Source of the DNA: a virus
Lineage: Duplodnaviria > Caudoviricetes
Direction: 5' to 3' (one strand)
IMG/VR virus record: IMGVR_UViG_2706795248_000001
Location: 3,618-67,617 of that record
Length of the DNA stretch: 64,000 bases
Shown here: piece after piece, positions 9,816 to 19,521 of the stretch
Position numbering within the stretch: position 1 is the first letter of the stretch
How the letters are laid out: each line of letters starts with the position of its first letter
Translations under genes and position numbers: made by a program
The notes under the pieces: model-generated
Databases searched by the model: none
What the model saw: the letters and a program-made list of their open reading frames with translations, nothing else
What the model was told of the DNA's origin: nothing

Positions 9816-10268
9816 ATGGCGTCGAAGAAGCTCAACACCTACGTGTGGCTCCGGGAGCCCGGCGCCCTTGCTCAGACCTCGTTCGCCCCGGGAGACACCC
9901 TCCCGGAGTGGGCCGAAGAGCTGCTGGCCAACAGCCCGCACGTCTTCGAGGGGTACGTGAAGCCGGGCCGGAAGTCGACCACCGTCAAGGTCCCGCTCCC
10001 GAAGGACCAGCCGTCCGACCCGGCCGACTACAAGCCGACCGGCGAGGCGACCGGCAAGGAGCCCGCGGCGACCGAGGAGGGCAAGACCCAGCTCGAAGAC
10101 CCGGACGCCGAGGACGAAGGTCCGAAGCAGCCGAAGGGCAACGCCTCTCGCGAAGCCTGGGCCCTGTTCGCCGGTCACGACGACATCGGGGTGCCCGTTA
10201 CTCCCGACATGAGTCGTGACGATATCAAGGCGGCGTGCGCCGAAGCTGGCGTCCTCGACGACGAGTAA
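9816..10268 (+). CDS. Hypothetical structural-region protein, acidic, small helical C-terminal domain
   Basis: Coding-like codon use; start MASKK just after MCP stop. Confidence 0.7.
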   Translation: MASKKLNTYVWLREPGALAQTSFAPGDTLPEWAEELLANSPHVFEGYVKPGRKSTTVKVPLPKDQPSDPADYKPTGEATGKEPAATEEGKTQLEDPDAEDEGPKQPKGNASREAWALFAGHDDIGVPVTPDMSRDDIKAACAEAGVLDDE

Positions 10269-10314
10269 AGACCGGACCGAGAGGCCCGACCACAGGACCA
10301 GGGAGGATTGGCGA

Positions 10315-10770
10315 ATGACCGCGTTGGCCACGTTTGATCACGTGCAGAGCGGATTCGAGAAGCCGATCCCTTCCTCATTGAAGCCGAAGGTGGAAGTGTT
10401 CCTGGGTCGGGCCTCTCGTCGTCTGCACCTGGTGGTGCCCAAGCTCGCCGCGGCGATCGACAAGGCCCTCGCCGAGAGCGACTACGACCCCGAGAGCCCC
10501 GAGGACGAGACCAACGAGGTGCCGGTCGTCGTCGGGTTCGCCCGGGACATGATCGTCCAGGCCGCGGAGAACAAGCTCCGCAACTTCAGCGGGTACTCGT
10601 CCGAGAGCGCCGGGGTGTTCTCGGTGACCCGCGAAGACTACTGGGCCAAGGGCCGCATCGTCTTCGAGCCCGAGGATCTACGTCTGCTCAACGAGAACAT
10701 CGACGAGACCTTCGGCGCCGTGCTCACCGGACCGATTCGTACGTCCGTACCACCCCATCGGTGGCCCTGA
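10315..10770 (+). CDS. Head-to-tail adaptor
   Basis: Synteny; SSESAGVFSVT motif; SD GGGAGG. Confidence 0.7.
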   Translation: MTALATFDHVQSGFEKPIPSSLKPKVEVFLGRASRRLHLVVPKLAAAIDKALAESDYDPESPEDETNEVPVVVGFARDMIVQAAENKLRNFSGYSSESAGVFSVTREDYWAKGRIVFEPEDLRLLNENIDETFGAVLTGPIRTSVPPHRWP

Positions 10771-11162
10771 TGATCGGGATGAACGCCTGGATCGGCGGGA
10801 TCGACGTCGAGGTCTGGAACGAGCCGACCAAGGACTCCTGGGGCAACACGAAGCCGACGCACCACCGGCTCACCCTGGAGAGCGTCCCGTTCGTGCCGCG
10901 CACGACTACGATGGCCACCAACGACAGCTTTCGCGAGCGCATCGAGAGCGGGTACGCGTTGTACCTCTCGTCCGAGCAGATCGCCCAGTTGCGCGAGGCC
11001 GACGAGTTCCGCATCACCTTCCCCTCCGGTCAGCGAGCAGCGTTCGCGCTCGACGGTTCGCTGGAGGGCCTCATGTGGGACCTGAACCCGTTGTCCAGCA
11101 CCGATCTGGGTAACGAGGTCAACCTGAAGTTCCTCCGGCGGATCGGAGCCCGAAGTGCCTGA
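10761..11162 (+). CDS. Head-to-tail stopper (start may be 10770)
   Basis: Synteny; DSWGN...VPFVPR...FALDG motif. Confidence 0.65.
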   Translation: MALMIGMNAWIGGIDVEVWNEPTKDSWGNTKPTHHRLTLESVPFVPRTTTMATNDSFRERIESGYALYLSSEQIAQLREADEFRITFPSGQRAAFALDGSLEGLMWDLNPLSSTDLGNEVNLKFLRRIGARSA

Positions 11163-11520
11163 GGCAGGAAGCCACCCGAACGACCGCTGGCGCAACGGGT
11201 ATCGGCAGAACACCCGCGGTACCGGCCAGCTCCTCCGGCACTCGAAGCCGCTCGACCGAGCGCTGCGCTACTCCGCGGTCCAGATCGCCTGGTACTACCG
11301 ACGGAAGCTTCCCCGCTCCAACGAGGCGGGGATGCCGTCGGCCGACCAGGTGCGCGTGTTCAAGCGGGTCCCCGGCGGTCGGAAGAAGGACCGCATGGAG
11401 ATGATGGTCGTCGCGTCGAACCAGAAGAACATGAAGAACATGGCCCGGACCTTCCGCGGTGGACTCGCTCACGTGTCCGGCGGTCGGAAGGTCTCGGCCC
11501 GGGGGAGGGTATCGAATTGA
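11155..11520 (+). CDS. Basic neck / tail-completion protein
   Basis: Synteny, overlapping start and stop codons. Confidence 0.55.
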   Translation: MPEAGSHPNDRWRNGYRQNTRGTGQLLRHSKPLDRALRYSAVQIAWYYRRKLPRSNEAGMPSADQVRVFKRVPGGRKKDRMEMMVVASNQKNMKNMARTFRGGLAHVSGGRKVSARGRVSN

Positions 11521-12032
11521 CCTGGCAGCAACCAACGCTCGACCAACTGATCGCCGACGCAGGCGAGCGCATCCCGGGTTTCAACAGCGACTTCCCGGAC
11601 GGTGCGCAGTACGCCGACATCGAGAAGGTGTTCGCCTTCGTCCTGCGGCCCCTGGTCGAACTCGACGAGCACATCGGCAATTTCGTGATCGCCGACTACG
11701 ACCAGGACAAGATCGACCCCGATACCGACACGGTCATCGAGACGCCTTTCATCGAGATCCACCGCCGCGGTGGCGAGTACAACCCCGACGACTTTAGCTA
11801 CTCGCCGAACGTGGAGGTACTGTTCTGGGGTAAGTCGAGGGACATGGCCAACGGCACGGCTGACCTAGGGACGATCCTGCTCCTGGGCTGCGGTGGAGCC
11901 GAGGTAGACGGCGTCTATCTCGACTTCGTGGAGGACGCGACGGGCGACGAAGAGATTCGTCAGAACAACTTCGACGACCGCTGTGTCACACGACAATTCC
12001 GAACGGGATACCGACCCACCTACCCCGACTGA
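11517..12032 (+). CDS. Tail terminator
   Basis: Immediately before major tail; PFIEIHRRGG...VEVLFWGKSR motif. Confidence 0.7.
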   Translation: MTWQQPTLDQLIADAGERIPGFNSDFPDGAQYADIEKVFAFVLRPLVELDEHIGNFVIADYDQDKIDPDTDTVIETPFIEIHRRGGEYNPDDFSYSPNVEVLFWGKSRDMANGTADLGTILLLGCGGAEVDGVYLDFVEDATGDEEIRQNNFDDRCVTRQFRTGYRPTYPD

Positions 12033-12060
12033 TCGGGACTGGAGATAAGGAGCAAGGCAG

Positions 12061-12744
12061 ATGCCTTCTTTCGCATCCTTGGCGAAGCGCCAGGGTGAGC
12101 TGATCCGCAAGCCGCTCGCAGGCATCATCGGCGTTGCCCCCGAGGATCTCGAACTGGACGCCGACTTCAAGCTGACGACCCTCGCGGCCGGTGGAGCGAT
12201 CGAACTCGCCGACCTCAGCGACTTCGACCAGCTCGGCTGGGTCTCGAAGTCCGACGGCGTCGTATTCTCGGCCGACACCGAGACCAGTGACGTCGAGTCG
12301 TGGGGCGCGCTGGAGCCGACCCGCTCCGACATCACCAAGGACGTCACCTCGGCGCAGTTCACCTGCCAGGAGACGAACAAGGTCGTCCTGGAGATGTTCT
12401 ACAACGTCAGCCTGGAGACGGTGTTCGGCGACTACGACACCGGCGAGGTCGACTTCAACCAGGCCGTCGACCCCTCGACGACCTACCGCCGGATGCTGTT
12501 CCTCTCGAAGGACGGCAGCGGACCGAAGGAAGTCTTCATCGGCAAGCTGATGCCGCGCGCCGGTGTCACCGCGAAGTCGGACCAGAACTGGAACTCCGAG
12601 GACGCGCTCGTCCACGGCATGACCATCACCGCGAAGGTCGACGACGAGATGGGCTACGCCGTGCGGCACATGTTCGGTGGCGCGGGCTGGAAGGCTCAGC
12701 TCACCAAGATGGGCTTCACCCTGGCCCCCGCGCCGACCCCGTAG
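12061..12744 (+). CDS. Major tail protein
   Basis: LGWVSKSDGV...VESWGALEPTRSDIT...FTCQETN motifs. Confidence 0.9.
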   Translation: MPSFASLAKRQGELIRKPLAGIIGVAPEDLELDADFKLTTLAAGGAIELADLSDFDQLGWVSKSDGVVFSADTETSDVESWGALEPTRSDITKDVTSAQFTCQETNKVVLEMFYNVSLETVFGDYDTGEVDFNQAVDPSTTYRRMLFLSKDGSGPKEVFIGKLMPRAGVTAKSDQNWNSEDALVHGMTITAKVDDEMGYAVRHMFGGAGWKAQLTKMGFTLAPAPTP

Positions 12745-12747
12745 AAC

Positions 12748-12790
12748 CCAGCCCGGCTCGCTCTTCCTCCCCGGTAGCGAGCCGGGTTGG
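12748..12790 (+). terminator. 15-bp GC hairpin after major tail gene (terminator or mRNA stabiliser)
   Basis: CCAGCCCGGCTCGCT / AGCGAGCCGGGTTGG; no U-tract. Confidence 0.65.
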
Positions 12791-12828
12791 CTCCACCGGG
12801 GAGGCCCCTCTCACCCAAGGAGAAGATC

Positions 12829-13212
12829 ATGGCCTTCGAGCCGATCCAACTGGTCCACCCGAAGACCGGCGCCGTCGTCACTGCGACGACCGCGGTCGAC
12901 CTCACCAACTTCCGCTTCAACGACGGCTACGTGCTGGCCGACCAGGCAGAGGCCCTCGTCAAGCCCGAAGGCGGGGCCGAGAAGCACCCCAAGCTCGCCG
13001 AAGGCCTGAAGGTCGTCGCCGATATCCGGTCGGCTCAGGCCGATTCCGAGGAGGCTCCGGAGCCGGAGGCCGACGGCGAGAAGGCGGATGCCGAGTCGGA
13101 GAAGCCCGGCGAGGTATCCTCGCCCCAGGGGTCTCGGTCGTCCGGCCGAGGCGCCAAGACCGCCGCGAAGAGCGGAACGGACGCCAGCGGGAACGACGTC
13201 GGCGTCTCCTGA
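12829..13212 (+). CDS. Hypothetical tail-region protein with acidic low-complexity tail
   Basis: SD AAGGAG before MAFEPIQLVHPKTG. Confidence 0.7.
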   Translation: MAFEPIQLVHPKTGAVVTATTAVDLTNFRFNDGYVLADQAEALVKPEGGAEKHPKLAEGLKVVADIRSAQADSEEAPEPEADGEKADAESEKPGEVSSPQGSRSSGRGAKTAAKSGTDASGNDVGVS

Positions 13213-13244
13213 TCCACAACCTACCGGGGAGGTAGAACAGCACC

Positions 13245-13559
13245 ATGGCAGTCAATTTCGCTGATCTGGAACGTCGCGCCGCCAAGCGGACTGCGCGCTT
13301 CAACCGCTCGCCGTTCGTCATCAACGTCGAGGGCGACGATCCGATCGAGATCAAGTACCCCGACTCCATCGCGTCGATGGAGTACGAGCGGGCCTCCACG
13401 GTCTACGACCAGTTGCGGGTCCTCACCGACTCGGACTTCCCGCGCGTGCTGGATCTCGTGCGGGGCAAGGACATCTCGGTCGTCCAGCTCATGATCACCG
13501 AGATGTGGGCTCACTGGGGCGATGACTCCGGCGAGGTGCCCGGGGGAAAAGAGGGCTGA
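13245..13559 (+). CDS. Tail assembly chaperone (G)
   Basis: Position before TMP; ends at slippery GGGAAAA. Confidence 0.88.
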   Translation: MAVNFADLERRAAKRTARFNRSPFVINVEGDDPIEIKYPDSIASMEYERASTVYDQLRVLTDSDFPRVLDLVRGKDISVVQLMITEMWAHWGDDSGEVPGGKEG

Positions 13560-14050
13560 TCGAGCTCTTCGACCAGTACGGCCGCGAGATCCTTCTCGAC
13601 TTCAGGTCGTACTGGTCGGGGCTCGATGTCCTCGACTACTTCACCGGCGATCGATCGTGGTTCGAGTTCTACGACTTCCTCTTCGGACTCCCGAGCTGGT
13701 CGCGCTTCCAGGCCAAGATGGCTCTCGATCCGGCCTATGCCGAGATGATCCACCAGCGGAAGTTGGAGGCCGGGGAGTACGAAGACGACGACGAGGACGA
13801 CAGCGACGAAGGCTGGAAGCCCGAAACTCGTTCGCAGGAGGGGTTCAGCCCCGTCATCGCGACGATGTACACGGCGATCGAGTCCATCAACGAGGTCTCG
13901 CGCACCCTCATCGCTGTCCACGGGAACAAGCCGCCGAACCGACAGAAGCTCCCGAGACCGTTCTCGGCTCTCGACCTGCTGGAACTGGAAGACGAACGCG
14001 ATGACATGCACGATCTCGCCGCGAGGTTTGGCATGAAGCAACCGGGCTGA
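13245..14050 (+). CDS. Tail assembly chaperone (GT), -1 frameshift product
   Basis: -1 frame open from the slippery site (KRGLIELFDQYGREILLDF...) into ORF 13718..14050. Confidence 0.85.
13544..13550 (+). promoter_or_regulatory. Programmed -1 ribosomal frameshift site G GGA AAA
   Basis: X XXY YYZ heptamer in the correct phase. Confidence 0.88.
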
Positions 14051-14072
14051 GATAGGATCGAATCGGCCTAAC

Positions 14073-14112
14073 CGAAGGGCATCAGGGATCGGAAACCCCT
14101 GGTGCCCTTTCG
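14073..14112 (+). terminator. Hairpin between chaperone and tape measure genes
   Basis: CGAAGGGCATCAGGG / CCCTGGTGCCCTTTCG. Confidence 0.55.
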
Positions 14113-14133
14113 CATATCAGAGAGGGGTGAGAC

Positions 14134-17100
14134 GTGGCGAAGACCTTCCTCGTTGGCGAAGGCGCCGTCCGTCTGGTCCCCAACGCCGCCGGGTTCCACA
14201 CCCGCGCGCGTACTGATCTCGCCAAGGACAAGCTCACCGTCGGCGTCAATCTGAAGCCGAACCTCTCCGGATTCAAGACCGAGGCACGGAACCAGCTCAA
14301 GTCCGTTCAGGGACTTCGGGTTTCGGTTGACCTGCGTCCCGACGTCACCGGGTTCGGCCGCGAGGCCCAGGCGAAGCTCGACGCCACCCGGAAGCTGAAG
14401 GTCGACGTCGCCGTCGAGGCTCGCGTCGACCGCGGGTCCGTCGCCGCCGCGCATCGCGAGATGCAGGCGCAGCTCCTCGCGATGGGTCCGCTGAAGGTCT
14501 CGATCGAATCCCGGATCGACGACGACAGCCTGCGCCGTGCGATCGAGACGCTGCGTGCGCGCGTCGCCGCGGCGAACATCACCGCGAACATCAACAGCCG
14601 CAACGGCCGCGGGCCTCTCGGTGGGATGGGCGACCGAGACGGCGGCGGTGGAGGAGGCCGGGGTCGGCCGGTCCGCAAGGCCGCGATCGCTACCGGCGTC
14701 ACCATGGCGCCGATCGTCACCAACGCCGCCGTCGGCGGGCTCACCGCGCTCATCGGTGCCGCGTCGCAGGCTGCCGGGGCCCTGGGCCTGCTCCCCGCGG
14801 CCGCGACGGCTGCCGGTGCTGGGCTCGCCGCGATCGCGATCGGCGCTGCCGGTATCGGCGGTGCGTTCTCCGCGCTGAGCAAGGAGTCGGCGTCGGCCGG
14901 GACCGCGGCGCAGCAGAGCGGGGCTCAGCAGGCCTCTGCGGCGCGTTCGATCGCGGCTGCCGACCGAGGGCTGGCCCAGGCTCACCGCGGCGTCACGCGC
15001 TCGCTGGAAGACCTCAACGACGCACGCAAGGATGCGCTCCGACGGCTGCGCGACCTCAACGACGAAGCGAAGATGGCGCCGATCAACGAGCGCGAGGCCG
15101 CGCTCGCGATCAAGGAGTCGACCCGAGCCTTGCAGGAGGCCTACGCCTCCGGCGACGGGCTGGAGATCGAGGGCGCGCAGATCGACCTGGAGAAGTCGCG
15201 GCTTCAGTACGACCAGCTCCGCAAGCAGAACGACGACCTCGCAACCGATGTCGCCGAGGCGAACCGTAAGGGGGTCGAGGGCGACAAGCAGGTCGTCGCC
15301 GCCAAGGACGGCGTCGTCGACGCCAACAACGCGCTCATCGACGCCCAGGACGCGCTCGCCAGCGCGATGCAGTCGGCTGCCGACGCGGCGACCTCGATGG
15401 CTGCCGGGGTCAACCAGCTCGACCAGGCGATGGCGAAGCTCTCGCCGAACGCGCAGCAGTTCGTCCGGCAGATCCACGCGCTCGGCCCGGCCTGGACCGA
15501 GACCCGAAAGTTCATCCAGGACGCGCTGTTCAACCGGCTCGGTGACTCGGTGACCAAGCTCGCCGGGGTCCAGCTCCCGGTGCTGCGCACCGGCCTGGCG
15601 GGGATCGCCACCGAGATCAACGGCGGGCTCCGCGGTGCGCTGGCGACCTTCTCGACCGACATGGCGCGCGCCGACTTCACGACCACCCTGGAGAACTCCC
15701 GGGGGATGTGGGCCGGGATCGCGCAGAGCTTCGCGCCGTTCGCGCAGGCCTTCATGAACGTGGCCACCGTCGGCTCGACGTTCATGCCGCGGCTCGGCAC
15801 CGCGGTGTCGAACATGGCCTCGAACTTCAAGCAGTTCACCGACGAGGCCCGCGCCGACGGCTCCATGCAGGAGTTCTTCGAGAACTCGCTGACCATGGCC
15901 AAGCAGCTTGGCCGCATCCTCGGCAACGTCGGAGCCATTGTCGGACAGATCTTCTCGGCCGGAGCGGAGACTGGCGGCGGCTTCCTCAACACCATCGAGA
16001 CCGCGACGGCAGAGCTGCGCGAGTTCCTCGGCTCGACCGAGGGGCAGGAGGGCCTGAAGACCTTCTTCGCCGGGGTCAAGGAGGCCGTCCAGGCGCTCGC
16101 GCCGATCATCCAGATCGTCGGCAGCGTCCTGCTCACCGTGCTCGGACCGGCGCTGACCGACTTCGTCATCGCGCTCGGCCCCGGACTCGTCGCGATGTTC
16201 GAGGGGCTCGGCAACGGTCTCGCTGCCATCCAGCCGGTGATGACCGTCGTCGGCGAAGCCTTCGGCGCGCTCGGCAAGGAACTCGGCAGCGTCTTCGAGG
16301 TGCTCGGCCCGGTCATCGCGCAGACCCTCTCCGCGCTGGCCCCGGCCGTTGCGCCGCTGGCCCAGCTCCTCGGTGCGATCATCAAGGCGCTGGCTCCGAT
16401 CCTGCCGCTGGTCGCGCAGTTCGTCGGTCTCCTGATCTCCGCTCTCGCACCAGCTTTCACCAAGATCGTCGAGGCGCTGACCCCCGTCATCCAGTCGCTC
16501 GTCGACGCGCTGATGCCGATCCTGCCGCCGATCATGGACGTGCTCGGCCAGCTCGCGGGGACGATCGCCGACGCGCTGGTCATGGCCCTCCAGGCCATCG
16601 CGCCGTTCCTGCCGCAGCTCGTCGGCGCGTTCGGCTCGCTGCTGACTGCGATCCTCCCGCTCATGCCGGTGTTCGGCGAGCTGATCGCCTCGCTGATCCC
16701 GCCGCTGATCAGCGTGCTCGAAGGCATCATGCCGACGGTCGTGCGGATCATCGAGATCCTCGGCGACCTCATCGGATACATCGTCCCGATCCTAATCCCG
16801 GTCCTGCGCCTGCTCGCGGCGGTCGTCGGCGAGGTCTTCTCGTGGATCGGCTCGCTGATCGGCGCCATCTTCCGCAACGTCCTCGACCCGATCTTCATCG
16901 CGATCGGCTGGGCCCTCCAGAAGCTCGGCGACTCCTTCCACTGGCTGTGGGAGGTGGCGATCAAGCCTGCCTGGGACGCGATCTGGGGTGCGATCAAGTG
17001 GGGCTGGGAGAACGTCATCAAGCCCGCGTTCGACGCACTGATGACCGGCATCGGCAAGGTCGGAGACTTCTTCTCCAGCGTCGTCACCGGCATCGGAAAG

Positions 17101-19521
17101 GCCTGGGCTCTGCTGGGGTCCATCGCGGCGAAGCCGATCAACTGGGTGATCAATCACGTGGTCAACGGCGGTATCGGCCGCGCGTGGAAGGCCGTCGACA
17201 ACTTCCTCGGCGGGCACCTGCCGGACTGGGCCGACGTCCCCCAGATCAAGATGGCCAGCGGCGGCGAGGTGCCCATGGCCAAGGGAGCCGAGAAGGGCAA
17301 GGACTCGGTCCGCATCCTCGGTATGCCCGGCGAGCACATGTGGGACGTCGAGGACGTCAACCGCGCCGGTGGCCAGCGGGCGATGTACCGGATGCGCGAC
17401 ATGGTCATGCGTGGCGAGCCGTTCACCTGGACCCCGGGCGGGCTGGCTGCCGCGACCGGCGACGGCGCGATGCCGCGCTACGCCAAGGGTGGCGAACTCT
17501 CGGCCGGTGACAAGCTCACTCCGCTACCCGGCGAGGGTGGCCTCCAGCCGATCGCGCAGCTCATGGCGCGTATCATCAAGCGCACCTGGCCGAAGAGCGT
17601 CAGCTCGATCGGCGGCTACCGTCCGCCGGACGGCTACAACGAACACTCGTCGGGTCGCGCGCTCGACGTGATGGTCGACAGCATGAAGACCGGTGACGAA
17701 GTCGCCGACTTCTCGATGGCGAATCACCCGAATTACCCGGTGACGCACACCATCTGGAAGCAGATGATGCACTACCCGCCGGACGGTCGCACCGAGGGTA
17801 TGGACGACCGCGGGTCGCCGACGCAGAACCACATGGACCACGATCACATCTGGTATGCGCCGAACCAGGGGGCGATCAACCCCAACGTCATGCCGGACAA
17901 CATCGCGTTCGGCGGGGTCACCGACGCCGCTGTGCGCAAGGGCATCACCGCCTGGGCCGAGAAGGCCTTCAACACCGCGCTGGCGCCGGTCAAGAAGATC
18001 CTCGACAGCGGCGCGTTCACGCCGCCGCCGGAGATCAAGGCTGCCCCGCGCGAGATGTACAAGGGCATGGTCGAACCGGCCAAGGAGAAGCTCCTCGACA
18101 AGGTCTCGGAGCTGACCTCGGTCGAGGGCTGGAAGAACATGCTCGGCGGCGCGGTCGACAAGGTGAAGTCCGGCGCAGGCAATCTGCTCGGCGGGCTGAA
18201 GCGCGTCCTGTTCGACACCGGCGGCGTCGTCCGGCCGGGCACTACCGTGGTGCAGAACGACACCGGTCGCGATGAGTACATGCTCAACCCGACCGAGACC
18301 ATCCTGCTCCGCGGTCTCGTTGCGGCACTGCGCGGCATCGGCATCTCCCCGGTTCTGCCCCAGGACCAGCAGACGACCCCGGAGACCCAGGACGTCAACA
18401 TCCAGTCCGTCGGCGGTCAGCAGACCACCCCGGGCGAGCTGCCGACCCCGCAGCAGCAGGAGATCAAGCCGCCGACGGCGTCGGACCTCGACGGAGGCCT
18501 GGCGGGGACCGGCTCCGGCGCGGCGACGATCCCGCTGAAGCGCAACCCCGATGGCACGTACACCTCGACCGATCCCGAGTGGGCCAAGCTCATCAACCGG
18601 GAGTCCGGCGGCGACCCGACGATCACCCAGAAGATCACCGACGTCAACTCCGGGGGCAACGAGGCTTCGGGCCTGTTCCAGATCGCCAAGGGCACCTGGG
18701 CTTCCAACGGCGGCACGAAGTTCGCGCCGACCGCCGGTGAGGCGACCCCGGAGCAGCAGGCTGAGATCGCAGCGAAGATCTTCAACGAGCAGGGTGGCTC
18801 CCCGTGGGGCTCCGGCGCCGGGCAGAACTTCGGCCGCGAGGACGAGGCGCTGCTGCGCAAGGGCATCCGCCCGGCCGGGACCAAGGACGACCCGGTCAAC
18901 GTCGTCACCCAGAACACCCCGTCGGACGACCCCTCGAAGGATTGGGAGACCACGGCCGACACGAAGCCGGGAGACACCACCGGTTCGGCGTACGGCCAGA
19001 ACCTCCAGGGTGCGGCGATCGGCCCGGACGGGCAGTACAAGCCGGACCAGAACGTGCCCAAGGGCGGGAACATCGACCCGTCGACGAAGCCGATGTTCAC
19101 CAACCCGTTCGAGACCGACGGAGGCAAGTTCGCGCTCGGCTTCGGCAAGAGCGCGCCGCTCGGGATCGGCGCCCCGCAGATGGAGAAGGCCGCGGAGAAG
19201 GCCCCGGCTCTCACCGAGTTGGCCAACGGGATCGCCAAGGCCGCACCGGCATGGGGCGCGGCGCTGGCGGGGAACCCGGCTGCCCTCGCTGCGAACATCG
19301 GGCAGGCCACCGGTGCTTGGGCCACGAAGACCGCGCAGGACTTCGCGACCTACCTCCCCGAAGCTGCTCCAGGGATGCTGGAGTCCGCGCTGTCGGCGGT
19401 GGGAGGCCCTCTCATTGGTACGGTGAACACCGGAGTCAGTGAGGCTCAGCTCATGTCCACCATGGAGGACGCACAGAACCGGCAGATCCGCCGGACCAAG
19501 ACCGGTCGCCGGAGGTACTGA
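14134..19521 (+). CDS. Tape measure protein with C-terminal M15-like peptidase and lytic-transglycosylase-like domains
   Basis: 1795 aa, Ala-rich helical repeats; EHSSGRALD...HMDHDH; RESGGDP...ASGLFQI...TW. Confidence 0.95.
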   Translation: MAKTFLVGEGAVRLVPNAAGFHTRARTDLAKDKLTVGVNLKPNLSGFKTEARNQLKSVQGLRVSVDLRPDVTGFGREAQAKLDATRKLKVDVAVEARVDRGSVAAAHREMQAQLLAMGPLKVSIESRIDDDSLRRAIETLRARVAAANITANINSRNGRGPLGGMGDRDGGGGGGRGRPVRKAAIATGVTMAPIVTNAAVGGLTALIGAASQAAGALGLLPAAATAAGAGLAAIAIGAAGIGGAFSALSKESASAGTAAQQSGAQQASAARSIAAADRGLAQAHRGVTRSLEDLNDARKDALRRLRDLNDEAKMAPINEREAALAIKESTRALQEAYASGDGLEIEGAQIDLEKSRLQYDQLRKQNDDLATDVAEANRKGVEGDKQVVAAKDGVVDANNALIDAQDALASAMQSAADAATSMAAGVNQLDQAMAKLSPNAQQFVRQIHALGPAWTETRKFIQDALFNRLGDSVTKLAGVQLPVLRTGLAGIATEINGGLRGALATFSTDMARADFTTTLENSRGMWAGIAQSFAPFAQAFMNVATVGSTFMPRLGTAVSNMASNFKQFTDEARADGSMQEFFENSLTMAKQLGRILGNVGAIVGQIFSAGAETGGGFLNTIETATAELREFLGSTEGQEGLKTFFAGVKEAVQALAPIIQIVGSVLLTVLGPALTDFVIALGPGLVAMFEGLGNGLAAIQPVMTVVGEAFGALGKELGSVFEVLGPVIAQTLSALAPAVAPLAQLLGAIIKALAPILPLVAQFVGLLISALAPAFTKIVEALTPVIQSLVDALMPILPPIMDVLGQLAGTIADALVMALQAIAPFLPQLVGAFGSLLTAILPLMPVFGELIASLIPPLISVLEGIMPTVVRIIEILGDLIGYIVPILIPVLRLLAAVVGEVFSWIGSLIGAIFRNVLDPIFIAIGWALQKLGDSFHWLWEVAIKPAWDAIWGAIKWGWENVIKPAFDALMTGIGKVGDFFSSVVTGIGKAWALLGSIAAKPINWVINHVVNGGIGRAWKAVDNFLGGHLPDWADVPQIKMASGGEVPMAKGAEKGKDSVRILGMPGEHMWDVEDVNRAGGQRAMYRMRDMVMRGEPFTWTPGGLAAATGDGAMPRYAKGGELSAGDKLTPLPGEGGLQPIAQLMARIIKRTWPKSVSSIGGYRPPDGYNEHSSGRALDVMVDSMKTGDEVADFSMANHPNYPVTHTIWKQMMHYPPDGRTEGMDDRGSPTQNHMDHDHIWYAPNQGAINPNVMPDNIAFGGVTDAAVRKGITAWAEKAFNTALAPVKKILDSGAFTPPPEIKAAPREMYKGMVEPAKEKLLDKVSELTSVEGWKNMLGGAVDKVKSGAGNLLGGLKRVLFDTGGVVRPGTTVVQNDTGRDEYMLNPTETILLRGLVAALRGIGISPVLPQDQQTTPETQDVNIQSVGGQQTTPGELPTPQQQEIKPPTASDLDGGLAGTGSGAATIPLKRNPDGTYTSTDPEWAKLINRESGGDPTITQKITDVNSGGNEASGLFQIAKGTWASNGGTKFAPTAGEATPEQQAEIAAKIFNEQGGSPWGSGAGQNFGREDEALLRKGIRPAGTKDDPVNVVTQNTPSDDPSKDWETTADTKPGDTTGSAYGQNLQGAAIGPDGQYKPDQNVPKGGNIDPSTKPMFTNPFETDGGKFALGFGKSAPLGIGAPQMEKAAEKAPALTELANGIAKAAPAWGAALAGNPAALAANIGQATGAWATKTAQDFATYLPEAAPGMLESALSAVGGPLIGTVNTGVSEAQLMSTMEDAQNRQIRRTKTGRRRY

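Noticed and set aside
8701-10310. Similar TAA(A)GACCGG words after the decoration gene and after 10268
   Set aside because: Short, two copies only, in purine-rich SD regions; likely chance or local duplication
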